A stretch of 64,000 bases of DNA from Candidatus Brocadiia bacterium. GTDB lineage: Bacteria; Planctomycetota; Brocadiia; SM23-32. A program made the position numbers and the translations under genes. Under the pieces are notes generated by a model. That model made no database searches and had not been told where the DNA came from. It was given only the letters and a program-made list of their open reading frames with translations. Where the stretch lies: assembly GCA_046538485.1 (NCBI GenBank), contig JBKHIT010000015.1:1-64000 (forward strand). The letters run 5' to 3'. Positions within the stretch are counted from its first letter, which is position 1, and every line of letters begins with the position of its first letter. Below, one piece after another: positions 50,873 to 60,280 of this stretch.

Positions 50873-51862
50873 ATGCCTGAAGAAGCCCTTTACTATGAAA
50901 AACTTTCAGACAATAAAGTTCAGTGTAAGCTCTGCCCGCACCAGTGCGTTATCGCCGACGGTAAGAGGGGTTTTTGCCGTGTTCGGGAGAATCAGAATGG
51001 GCAGCTCCAGGCTTTGAATTACGGGCTTGTTGCATCTGTCGCCATGGATCCTATCGAGAAAAAACCGCTTTACCATTTCTATCCCGGCACTCGGATCCTC
51101 TCGCTCGGACAGGCCGGATGCACATTTCATTGCCAGTTCTGTCAGAACTACTCTCTGCTCGATCCCGATATCCCACAGCAGTCGTTGCCTCCGGAACAAG
51201 CAGTGGCGATGGCAAAGCAGGAGAATTCTCTGGGCATTGCCTATACCTACAATGAACCTTACGTGGGATTCGAATATGTTCTTGATACGGCCAGAGAAGC
51301 AAAAAAGGCGGATCTGAAAAATGTTCTGGTTACGAACGGATATTACATGCCCGATCCCTGGGAAAAACTGTCTCCGCTGATCGATGGTATGAATATCGAT
51401 TTAAAAAGCATGCGGGACGAGTTTTACAAAGAATACATAAATGGGGGACTGGCTCCTGTGCAGCAGACGATCAAATCGGCGCTTCAGAAAGGTATCCATG
51501 TGGAGCTGACGACGCTGCTGATTACAGGTCTGAACGATTCTGAAGAAGAAATGCGGGAACTCGTGGGCTACGTTGCGGGTTTGGATCCTGATCTTCCGTT
51601 GCATTTGTCACGTTATCATCCGGCCTACAAAATGGACCGCCCGGCAACCCCACCAGAGACTTTGAAGCAGGCCTACGAAATAGCCCGCGAACAATTGAAT
51701 TACGTATATATCGGCAACATTATGGGAGTCGGTGGGACGGATAGCGAGTGTCCCAGGTGCGGGGCAGTTCTCGTAAATCGATCGGGTTACAGCACGCATA
51801 TTGTGGGGCTCGAAGGAAATAAATGCGGCGAATGCGGCGGAGAGGTCAATTTCGCAAACTGA
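50873..51862 (+). CDS. AmmeMemoRadiSam-system radical SAM enzyme (AmrS-like)
   Basis: C.LCPH.C...GFC.VREN; DPIEKKPLYHF.PG; CTFHCQFC; YTYNEP; HLSRYHP.YK; YIGN; C-terminal CPRC..CGEC. Confidence 0.9.
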   Translation: MPEEALYYEKLSDNKVQCKLCPHQCVIADGKRGFCRVRENQNGQLQALNYGLVASVAMDPIEKKPLYHFYPGTRILSLGQAGCTFHCQFCQNYSLLDPDIPQQSLPPEQAVAMAKQENSLGIAYTYNEPYVGFEYVLDTAREAKKADLKNVLVTNGYYMPDPWEKLSPLIDGMNIDLKSMRDEFYKEYINGGLAPVQQTIKSALQKGIHVELTTLLITGLNDSEEEMRELVGYVAGLDPDLPLHLSRYHPAYKMDRPATPPETLKQAYEIAREQLNYVYIGNIMGVGGTDSECPRCGAVLVNRSGYSTHIVGLEGNKCGECGGEVNFAN

Positions 51863-52063
51863 CTGGATAAATGCAGGGTGGCACGGGGAACGGCTATCTG
51901 TTGGATTTGTCAGTGAGTGAAAAATGCCCGGCCGTAGCGAGTCGTTATGAGATAGGGTGGGAAACGAGTTGTCGATCAGCACCCTGGCTGTTTATAATAA
52001 AGTATTAATTCAGCTCTGGACGATTCAACGCCCAACCCTTTTTCACGCTACTGTGAAAGAAAT

Positions 52064-55000
52064 ATGTGCAAGCTATATCTTTCTCCCACCATTGTGTTTT
52101 TGGTTGCATGTGTTGCCTTATCTCCCGCCGAGGCCGGGGCTCCGGAACCATTCAAAGTTGACGGCCATACGTACGTTCCGGTCGGCAAACACGGAGGGGG
52201 GGCGTACACGATTCGGCTGTCACTTGCACCTTCAAAAGGTCAAAAAACGCTGAAGGGCTTTGGGATTTTGTTTGCGGGCAATCGGTCGGGGGAGGGATAC
52301 TGGCTCAGCGCGACGGAGAAGGAATGGGAGCTTCTCAGGCGTCAGGGCTCGGCGAGAGACAAAATTGCCGCCGGCAAAACGAATTCTATTCTTGCCGGGA
52401 AACGAGTCGAGGTGAGGATAAAAAAACATCCGTGGTTGCTGGCAATAGCATTCAACGGGAGAGTGGTCTGCGAGGTGCCGGTTGATTCTCAATCGGGCGG
52501 GCTTGTGGCTGTGGACGTTTCCCGGAGTTCGCCCGCATCGCCCCCGCTGATTCAGGATTTGAGCGAACTGAATTTTTCCGAACAGTTTATGCGCGCGGAG
52601 GACGAACTTGATCTGAAAAAATCAAAGGTATGGAAAATACATGCAGGGAAGTGGCAGATCCACTCGGTGCGCGAAAATGTGGAGATCATGAATGTTGAGA
52701 AACTTCCGGAGGGGCGGAAACCCCAGATAAACCGTTCACCCAATCCTTTTTCTGTGAGTGGATTTGCGAAAAAAACGGGGCTGATTCACACGGGCAAGTG
52801 GTTTTGGGATGATTATAAGGTGAGCATGTCTGTGCGCAACCGTGGCGCTGACGCGATTGGTCTGGCGTTCAACATATCGGATCCGAAGAATTATTTCTTG
52901 CTGCGTTGGGAAAATAACGCGGAATATTTCAAACCAACGCCCATGGAGCTTGTTGAAGTCAAAAATGGGAAGAACGCGGTTATCCGTGAGGTGTGGGTGA
53001 ATGGCCAACGCGATGAATGGTTTAATCTCGCTGTGCGCACATGCGGAACGCGTGTTCAGGTTTTTCTGGACGAGGCCGAGATAATGGACCTGCGCAACGA
53101 CAGGATAATCGGCGGTGGTATCGGACTGTATGTGGAGGGAGGCAGCGAGAAAGCGATGGCTTATTTCGATGACGTGCGGGCGCGGACTTTGAAACGGATC
53201 GATTTTACGGACCCCCAACTGATTGACAACTGGCCTGTTGAGCGCAGTGGCAAATGGGAGCCGAAATCGGTGGATCGCCAGCGTAGACCTTCCCAGGTTG
53301 CCCCACGACTTAAAAGTAAGAATGGAGTCCTTGTTTTTGGCACAAAAGCCTGGCCTGCGCCCGTCATACGGGCGAAAATCCCCGTGCCGAATGGATCTCA
53401 AAAAACAGGATTTTTACTGGGTTCTGATCACGCTGGGAATGGAAGATTTCGAGTGACTGTGGGCCGGGTCGGTAAGAACCTTTCACTCGCAATTGAAGAT
53501 CAGAGCGGTGGCAAGACAAAAAAACTGGCCTTCTGCGAGGACATCCCTGTTTCTGACCGGAAACGGGTTACCTTAGAAGTCGATGCGACCCGCGAGGGGG
53601 AGATCAACGTATGTCTTGACGATACGCTTCAGTTGCGGACCGTCCGGGCTGTTCCGGCCGGAGGAAAAGCAGGAATTTTTGCGCAGAATGCAAAAGGGGT
53701 TTCTTTCGAGGGGCTCCGGGTTCTGTTTACGCGGGAGGAAGATAAGGAGCGATTGCCGGCTGAGGAGACCTTTAAGGATGATCCCTACATGAAACACTGG
53801 TCAAGTGCGCAGGGATCGTGGTGGCCGGCTGGAGAGGGTGAAGAAGGTTTCTGGCACGTGGGTGATTTCTACGGGCGGTCAGACGTCGAGATACCACTGA
53901 AAGAGGGAGTCATTTTTGTTTATGCGGCAAAAGAGATCAGTCGTGTGGGGGGGTATGCCCTGGTTCAGAAACGGATGACCGCGAATGATTCGGCCTTCTA
54001 TCGTCTTACTTTGTTGCGTAAGGGCCAAAAAGTCGCGGAGGCCGATGTTAATTCTGACAAAGCTCCGGATGATAAAATTGTCTTTCATAAACATGATCGT
54101 TACCTCTGGGTGACCGTCGGGACGAAACAGCTCTTTTGTTTCCGCGATCCCGATCCTTTGCCCGAGACGAAAGTAGCTGTTTCCGGCATCAGTGCGGATG
54201 ACCTGGCGGCGTTGGAGATTCATCGTTATCAAGTGCGGGACGAGTATTTCGAACAGGCCACTTCCGACTGGCTCACCGTCGGGCGGTGGGATGTGACCAC
54301 TCGGTTCACGTGCGACCCCAGGTGGTCACACATGGCCTGTATGACGGACGCAGCTGGGGTCCTGATGAGTAAATTTGAGTATGAGGGAGACCTGACTGTT
54401 GAAGCTTTCATGGGCATGCGAATGCATCCCGGTGGCCAGCATTATCCCCGTGTGGGCGATTTGAATCTTGCATTTTCCCGGAATATCCGTGAACTATCCA
54501 GCGGCTATTCATTTGTTGTTGCCGGTTGGGATGAGTTCTGGAGTGAGCGGGCAACGTATCTTATGAAGGGAACGACGCAGCTGGCGTATTGCGGCGAGCG
54601 TTTGTTGCCTGCCATGCGTCGTCCCGGCGAACGGAAACGGGTTATCAACGTCCCCTGGATTCGCGGAGGACGGGATGTTCATGGTGCGTGGTACTACGTG
54701 AAAGCCCGGAAGCAGAGAGGGGAGTTGGATTTTTATGTCGATAATCATCAGGCCTACCGTTTTCACGATCCCCAACCGATTGAAAAAGTGAGACCAGCCG
54801 TCTGGACTTACAACGCATGGATCGTAGTGGCTCGAATCAAAATCTCCTACCAACGTCGGGTCATCCCGGGAAGATTGGTTGCTCCTCCGCAGCAGCAGAA
54901 AAGTACCGGTTTGCCTGCGGGTTGCAAACTCGTATCCGAGACGCACCCGGGGTTTTCTGAAGGATTCGAAGGCAAAGACTCAGTCTGGCAGACATCTGAC

Positions 55001-57958
55001 AAAGAGCAGGGGGGGCAACCTGAAATTGTTCCGCGCGGCGAAAACGCCGGGAATTGTCTCAGGGTAACAAACATTTCAACAGGGGGGAGCTTTGGCGTAG
55101 ATGCGCCTGTCAAAGACCACAAGATTGATGCGCGTCTGGTGCATAAATTGCAATTTGATTACCGAATTTCGCGTCATTCGAAGATCAATCTTTACCTCGA
55201 TATCGGCGGGAGACGGTATTTCGTGGGCATGACCGGGCCTGAGGAGTCGGATACAAAATTGCATCGTCTGGGTTTCATTGACGCCGAGACAGATGGGAAA
55301 TGGCATTCCGCTACGTTTGAGCTCGGGGCGGTATACAGAGATGCTCTGAAAAATTCTTCCGAGGAGCCTGAAAGCCATAAGATACAGAAACTGGCCTTTG
55401 GTAATCTGCACCCTGGGTTGCTTGCAGGAGGGGTCGGAGGTAACCCCATGGGGGCGCGGTATTTTCTTGACAATTTCGCGATTCGGTCCGTGGGAGGTGG
55501 CCACTTTACAGCGAAGTTGAGTAACGAGAAAAAGCCCGATTCACAAATTCTCGCAGTGGTCGATCAGAAACCCGATACTGTTCCTGCTCGGCCTGGTAGC
55601 CTGGAGCAGAAAGAACTTGCTTCCGGACTCTGGTATTGTCATACGCGCATCAAACCGGCAAAGGGGCGTGCAAGTGCTGTCCAGCATTTTCCGTTCCTTG
55701 TCACCCCGGCTCGAATTAGTTTGAAACCAGTATCACCAAAAGATGCGGGCCCATGGGGGTACGGACCTATTCGATTTAAAATCGGGGAGGAAGCCGCTCT
55801 CAGGTTCGATGTTTCCGGCCTTTCAGCGCGGCTCAACGGGCAAAATTTGGTGCAGGACAGGCTTTTCGATATGGAGTGGGACCGCGGCGAACTGGTAATG
55901 GACCTGGTCCGAAGCGGTATTCAGGTGGAGAACGGAAAAACCGCTGATCTGCAGGTAAATTATAAAAACCCCGATGGGTCGGACGGGCGTTTGGGGATGA
56001 GTTTTCTCCCGTCGCTCAAGCACGATAAAACACCTCCAACAAAGGTTGAACTGGTTGATTTGCGGTCGCCGAATGATTTTGAAGAACATATAGGCGCCTG
56101 GAAGGGGAGTTCTTATGGGCAGGTTATGCGGGACAATTCAACGGCGGCCAGTGGTTACTGGAGTTTGCTGGCCCAGAACGCAAGCCTGGCCAGCCCGTTC
56201 ACAATTTACGCTTATCCCGAGGGGTATAGCGCGGGGCGTTATCCGATCATTGAATTCGATTACAAAATTCATGAAGCCGTTCGGGTTGACATGATTCTGA
56301 AGAACTCGTCCGGGTATTGCAGTATAGGGTTCACCGATAACGGTGGCTATGGCCACAGACTGGGAGAAATTGAAAAGGTGAGGGCGGATAATCGTTGGCA
56401 CCACGGCAGCGTTAATGTTCTGAATCTTTTAAAAAAGTTACCGTATCGCAAGGGACTTTATACCCAGCAATGCTTGAGCTTTGCTGATCATGGCCATCGG
56501 GCATGTGCGCCGGGGGCTTACTACAGAATTGATAATTTCCGGCCGGTACCGTTGATTTCGCGTTCAGGAGGCGGAAGTATTCAGGTCAAAGCGCGCGATG
56601 CGGGCGGTGTAGAAGGGTACAGTTACATTTGGACCACAAGCGCTACTGCGGAGCCGGATAATGTGATGGAGGAGAAATTGCCCTCCCGGCCGCCCTCCGA
56701 TATTGAGTCGGATCAAATCTATCTCCACATTAAGGCCAGAGATAGAGCTGGAAACTGGGGCCCCAGTGAGCACTTCCGCTTTCTGGTCGATGATAAGCCT
56801 CCCCGGATTGCCCAGCCAAGACCTGGCGACGGTGTCAGGTCAGCTTCTTCGAAAATTACTTTTGATATTGAAGATGAGGTATCGGCTGTTGATCCCGGAA
56901 CGCTGAAAATGACGGTAGGAGGTGTGGAGTATGGACCGGATAGCCGAGGGGTCGATTATCTGCCGAAGTCCGGAAGATTTGTCTGGGACTGGATCGATGG
57001 GGGACCTCAGAAACAGGATAACGTCCCGGACGGGAAGAAGATCAAAGTCACGGTGAAAGGGGCCGATTTCGCGGGTAATCGGGTCAAACCTTTTGAATGG
57101 GAATGGATCATGGATTATTCTCGCGACAAAAAGCCTCCCACGGTTCCTGTTTTGGAATGTTCAAGTTTACCTGTCCTTCAGAGGGACGATTTTGAGGATG
57201 GCACTGATGGTTGGAACAGTCACAGCCATCCTGTGCGGGGAGCGCATCTGAAGCAGGTGGTCCGGAACAGGAAAAGCAACAATCGTTGTTTAAAGTTGAC
57301 GGCCCGTCGCGGACGTAGCTATATGAAAGCTTACGCGGTAAGATCGAACTACAAACTGGACAGATATCCACTGATTTCTTTCGAGTATCGGATTCCCGAG
57401 AAAGTGCGTGTTAACCTTCTGCTTCGGATTGACGGCAAACGCTACGAAGTGGGGATGACGAACCCGAAGCTGGGATACAAAAAGCTCGGCGAGGTGGAAG
57501 GAATTGAATCAGATGGCAAGTGGCACCATTGTCTTATTGATCTGAAAAAGCTTTTCCATGCGAGTAAACCAAAAGCTAAGAATCCGACCGTACAGCGTGT
57601 AAGTTTTGGCGATAATTCACGTAAGAATCGCGCCAAATCATACTGGATGGTGGACAATTTTATGATATCGGGTTCCGGGAAGTCCACCGCGGAATTTTCC
57701 TGGAAATCGCGTGATGTAAGCGGTATCGGAGGATATTCGGTCGGTTTTTCGCCTGACTACGGTTTTGAACCGAAAAAAGAGCAGGTAACACAGGAGCTTG
57801 AGGGGCAATTCAAGGCCGAGAAAGACAATCTTTACTGGCTGGTGGTGAGGGCCAAGGATTCAGTCGGGAACTGGAGTGGTTTGCGAAGATTCCCTTATCC
57901 TGTGTCCCGGCCAGAACCGGAGACCGGAGCGAAGAAAAGTGACGAGAAGGGGGAGTGA
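52064..57958 (+). CDS. Giant (1964 aa) secreted beta-rich multidomain protein
   Basis: Signal peptide ending AEA; jelly-roll/LamG-like segments; three repeated FxYxI...D(G/N)xWH...DNF modules; Ig-like DxAGN and DKxPP linkers. Confidence 0.8.
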   Translation: MCKLYLSPTIVFLVACVALSPAEAGAPEPFKVDGHTYVPVGKHGGGAYTIRLSLAPSKGQKTLKGFGILFAGNRSGEGYWLSATEKEWELLRRQGSARDKIAAGKTNSILAGKRVEVRIKKHPWLLAIAFNGRVVCEVPVDSQSGGLVAVDVSRSSPASPPLIQDLSELNFSEQFMRAEDELDLKKSKVWKIHAGKWQIHSVRENVEIMNVEKLPEGRKPQINRSPNPFSVSGFAKKTGLIHTGKWFWDDYKVSMSVRNRGADAIGLAFNISDPKNYFLLRWENNAEYFKPTPMELVEVKNGKNAVIREVWVNGQRDEWFNLAVRTCGTRVQVFLDEAEIMDLRNDRIIGGGIGLYVEGGSEKAMAYFDDVRARTLKRIDFTDPQLIDNWPVERSGKWEPKSVDRQRRPSQVAPRLKSKNGVLVFGTKAWPAPVIRAKIPVPNGSQKTGFLLGSDHAGNGRFRVTVGRVGKNLSLAIEDQSGGKTKKLAFCEDIPVSDRKRVTLEVDATREGEINVCLDDTLQLRTVRAVPAGGKAGIFAQNAKGVSFEGLRVLFTREEDKERLPAEETFKDDPYMKHWSSAQGSWWPAGEGEEGFWHVGDFYGRSDVEIPLKEGVIFVYAAKEISRVGGYALVQKRMTANDSAFYRLTLLRKGQKVAEADVNSDKAPDDKIVFHKHDRYLWVTVGTKQLFCFRDPDPLPETKVAVSGISADDLAALEIHRYQVRDEYFEQATSDWLTVGRWDVTTRFTCDPRWSHMACMTDAAGVLMSKFEYEGDLTVEAFMGMRMHPGGQHYPRVGDLNLAFSRNIRELSSGYSFVVAGWDEFWSERATYLMKGTTQLAYCGERLLPAMRRPGERKRVINVPWIRGGRDVHGAWYYVKARKQRGELDFYVDNHQAYRFHDPQPIEKVRPAVWTYNAWIVVARIKISYQRRVIPGRLVAPPQQQKSTGLPAGCKLVSETHPGFSEGFEGKDSVWQTSDKEQGGQPEIVPRGENAGNCLRVTNISTGGSFGVDAPVKDHKIDARLVHKLQFDYRISRHSKINLYLDIGGRRYFVGMTGPEESDTKLHRLGFIDAETDGKWHSATFELGAVYRDALKNSSEEPESHKIQKLAFGNLHPGLLAGGVGGNPMGARYFLDNFAIRSVGGGHFTAKLSNEKKPDSQILAVVDQKPDTVPARPGSLEQKELASGLWYCHTRIKPAKGRASAVQHFPFLVTPARISLKPVSPKDAGPWGYGPIRFKIGEEAALRFDVSGLSARLNGQNLVQDRLFDMEWDRGELVMDLVRSGIQVENGKTADLQVNYKNPDGSDGRLGMSFLPSLKHDKTPPTKVELVDLRSPNDFEEHIGAWKGSSYGQVMRDNSTAASGYWSLLAQNASLASPFTIYAYPEGYSAGRYPIIEFDYKIHEAVRVDMILKNSSGYCSIGFTDNGGYGHRLGEIEKVRADNRWHHGSVNVLNLLKKLPYRKGLYTQQCLSFADHGHRACAPGAYYRIDNFRPVPLISRSGGGSIQVKARDAGGVEGYSYIWTTSATAEPDNVMEEKLPSRPPSDIESDQIYLHIKARDRAGNWGPSEHFRFLVDDKPPRIAQPRPGDGVRSASSKITFDIEDEVSAVDPGTLKMTVGGVEYGPDSRGVDYLPKSGRFVWDWIDGGPQKQDNVPDGKKIKVTVKGADFAGNRVKPFEWEWIMDYSRDKKPPTVPVLECSSLPVLQRDDFEDGTDGWNSHSHPVRGAHLKQVVRNRKSNNRCLKLTARRGRSYMKAYAVRSNYKLDRYPLISFEYRIPEKVRVNLLLRIDGKRYEVGMTNPKLGYKKLGEVEGIESDGKWHHCLIDLKKLFHASKPKAKNPTVQRVSFGDNSRKNRAKSYWMVDNFMISGSGKSTAEFSWKSRDVSGIGGYSVGFSPDYGFEPKKEQVTQELEGQFKAEKDNLYWLVVRAKDSVGNWSGLRRFPYPVSRPEPETGAKKSDEKGE

Positions 57959-57976
57959 GTCTGCGGGGAGTTGCAT

Positions 57977-58012
57977 AAAAAAAGCCCCCCGCATCCCGTA
58001 GGAGCGGGGGGG
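57977..58012 (-). terminator. Terminator after groEL, possibly bidirectional
   Basis: CCCCCCGC...GCGGGGGG stem with A7 on the + strand. Confidence 0.75.
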
Positions 58013-58025
58013 AGGAGCATAAAGC

Positions 58026-59639
58026 TCAATATTCCGGCATCTCGGGTTCTTCTTCGCCGTTTTCTTCGGGAAGATCGCCGACAATTGCATCAGTGCTCAA
58101 GAGCACAGATGCTACGCTGACGGCATTTTCGAGGGCCGTTCTAACCACTTTGGTGGGATCGACCACGCCGCGTTCAATGAGGTCGCAGTATTCATCACTG
58201 GCTGCATCGTAGCCGAAAGCACCATCCCCTTCGGCAACTTTTTCCAGGACGACAGCGCCTTCCTTGCCGGCGTTTTTCGCGATCTGTATAAGGGGGCGTT
58301 TGAGAGCGCGAGAAAGGATACCGACCCCGATAGCTTCGTCACCGGGAAGATCGAGTTTGTCGAGCACTTTCGCGGCACGGACAAGGGCCACACCTCCTCC
58401 GGGAAGTATACCTTCTTCCACGGCGGCTCTGGTTGCGTGGACAGCGTCCTCGATTCGGTGTTGTTTTTCCTGCATCTCGACTTCAGTGGCCGCGCCGACA
58501 TTAATCTGGGCGACGCCACCGGCGAGTTTCGCCAGCCGTTCTTCGAGTTTCTCACGATCGTAATCGCTGGTTGTCGAATCTATTTCGTTCTGAATTTGTT
58601 CCACACGACCTTCGATGTCCGAAGAGGCGCCTGCACCTTCTATAATGGTGGTATTGTCTTTGTCGATCTGCACCTTTTTGGCGCGTCCCAGGTCGGCAAG
58701 AGGCACGGTTTCAAGATCGATACCGAGTTCTTCGGTGATTACCTGCCCGCCTGTGAGAACGGCCATATCCTGTAGCATTGCCTTGCGACGATCGCCGAAG
58801 CCAGGCGCTTTGATCGCGGCGCATTGCAATACACCTCGTAGCTTATTCACCACAAGTGTGGCCAGGGCTTCGCCATCGACATCTTCGGCCATAACCACGA
58901 GCGGTTTGCCAGCCTGGGCGGCTTGTTCAAGAAGCGGAACCAGATCCTGTGCGGATGATATTTTCTCTTCCGAGAGCAGGATGTAAGCATCCTCAAGAAC
59001 CACTTCCATGTTTTCGCGGTCCGTGATGAAATACGGGCTGAGGTACCCGCGGTCGAATTGCATACCTTCCACGAGGTCAACAACCGTCTCGCGGCTTTTA
59101 CCTTCTTCGACGGTGATAACGCCATCGGTGCCGACTTTATCCATAGCTTCCGCGATTTGTTCGCCGATTTCTCGGTCGTTGTTTGAAGCAATGGCTCCGA
59201 CGAAAACGATGTCTTCTTTGCCCTGGACGGGGTTGCTCAGGTTGCGGAGTTCTTCGATAACAGCATCGGCACTTTTTTGGACTCCCCGCCTCAACGCCAT
59301 ACCGTCGGCGCCGGCGGCCAGGTTCTTGAGGGCCTCTTCGAAGATGGCTTCCGCAAGTACCGTCGCTGTTGTCGTGCCATCGCCCGCAATGTCACTGGTT
59401 TTCGAGGCAGCTTGTTTTACCATTTCGGCGCCCATATTCTCGAAGTTGTCTTCGAGTTCAACTTCTTCGGCGACCGCGACGCCGTCTTTGGTCACTGTCG
59501 GAGCACCAAAACTTTTTTCAATAACGACGTTTTTCCCCCGTGGGCCGAGAGTAGATTTAACGGCGCGGGCAAGTTTGTTTACGCCGCACCTGACGGCCTC
59601 ACGAGCTTCCATCTGGTATGCTATCTTTTTGGGTGCCAT
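58026..59639 (-). CDS. groL: Chaperonin GroEL
   Basis: [41 protein letters not shown]; acidic tail without GGM repeats. Confidence 0.98.
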   Translation of the reverse strand: MAPKKIAYQMEAREAVRCGVNKLARAVKSTLGPRGKNVVIEKSFGAPTVTKDGVAVAEEVELEDNFENMGAEMVKQAASKTSDIAGDGTTTATVLAEAIFEEALKNLAAGADGMALRRGVQKSADAVIEELRNLSNPVQGKEDIVFVGAIASNNDREIGEQIAEAMDKVGTDGVITVEEGKSRETVVDLVEGMQFDRGYLSPYFITDRENMEVVLEDAYILLSEEKISSAQDLVPLLEQAAQAGKPLVVMAEDVDGEALATLVVNKLRGVLQCAAIKAPGFGDRRKAMLQDMAVLTGGQVITEELGIDLETVPLADLGRAKKVQIDKDNTTIIEGAGASSDIEGRVEQIQNEIDSTTSDYDREKLEERLAKLAGGVAQINVGAATEVEMQEKQHRIEDAVHATRAAVEEGILPGGGVALVRAAKVLDKLDLPGDEAIGVGILSRALKRPLIQIAKNAGKEGAVVLEKVAEGDGAFGYDAASDEYCDLIERGVVDPTKVVRTALENAVSVASVLLSTDAIVGDLPEENGEEEPEMPEY

Positions 59640-59651
59640 CGTCTGCCTCCG

Positions 59652-59942
59652 TTATTCAACAACTGCAAGAATATCGTCTTCCGACATCAGCAGGTACTCT
59701 TCACCTTCAACATTCACTTCCGATCCGGCGAACGAGGAGAAGATGACTCGATCACCTTCTTCCACTTGAAACTCTGCTTTCTCGCCCGAATCAAGTTGTT
59801 TACCCTGTCCGAGGGCGATAATTTTACCTTCTTTCGGTTTTTCCTTGGCGGAATCCGGAAGGACAATACCACCCGGGGTAGTATTATCCGCTTCAAGCCT
59901 CTTGACGAGAATTTTGTCTCCGATGGGCTTTATTGTGGCCAT
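59652..59942 (-). CDS. groS: Co-chaperonin GroES
   Basis: IKPIGD.ILV; GGIVLPDSAKEKP; EDDILA; GGAGG RBS. Confidence 0.97.
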   Translation of the reverse strand: MATIKPIGDKILVKRLEADNTTPGGIVLPDSAKEKPKEGKIIALGQGKQLDSGEKAEFQVEEGDRVIFSSFAGSEVNVEGEEYLLMSEDDILAVVE

Positions 59943-60022
59943 CGAAAAGCCTCCTGCATAACATGTGAAATGATAATGTGGCGGTTCAAAAACACAAACA
60001 ATCCGTTCTGACACTGTTTTTC

Positions 60023-60037
60023 GCAAACACCGTGCCA
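60023..60037 (-). promoter_or_regulatory. Sigma-54 (-24/-12) promoter of groESL
   Basis: Minus strand reads TGGCACG-GTGT-TTGC, an exact consensus, about 80 nt upstream of groES. Confidence 0.8.
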
Positions 60038-60280
60038 ATATGCTGTCCTGGCTTTTCAGAACTGTCTTTTGTGCACGGAGAAGCTCGCACCTGCTGTTTG
60101 AGCAAGACTCGGGTGCCGGCCGGCACCTGCCATCGCTCTTGAAAGGGCGATATCCAAAGCAGCGATCGGCCTCTCTGCTGTCAATTTGGCAAAAGCTGAG
60201 CCCGGTCTCCACGGTCTGTCTGCCAAACTGGCAGTGGCGTCAATTTGAGCTCGGGGTGTGCTTGGGATAAACTTCGCTTT

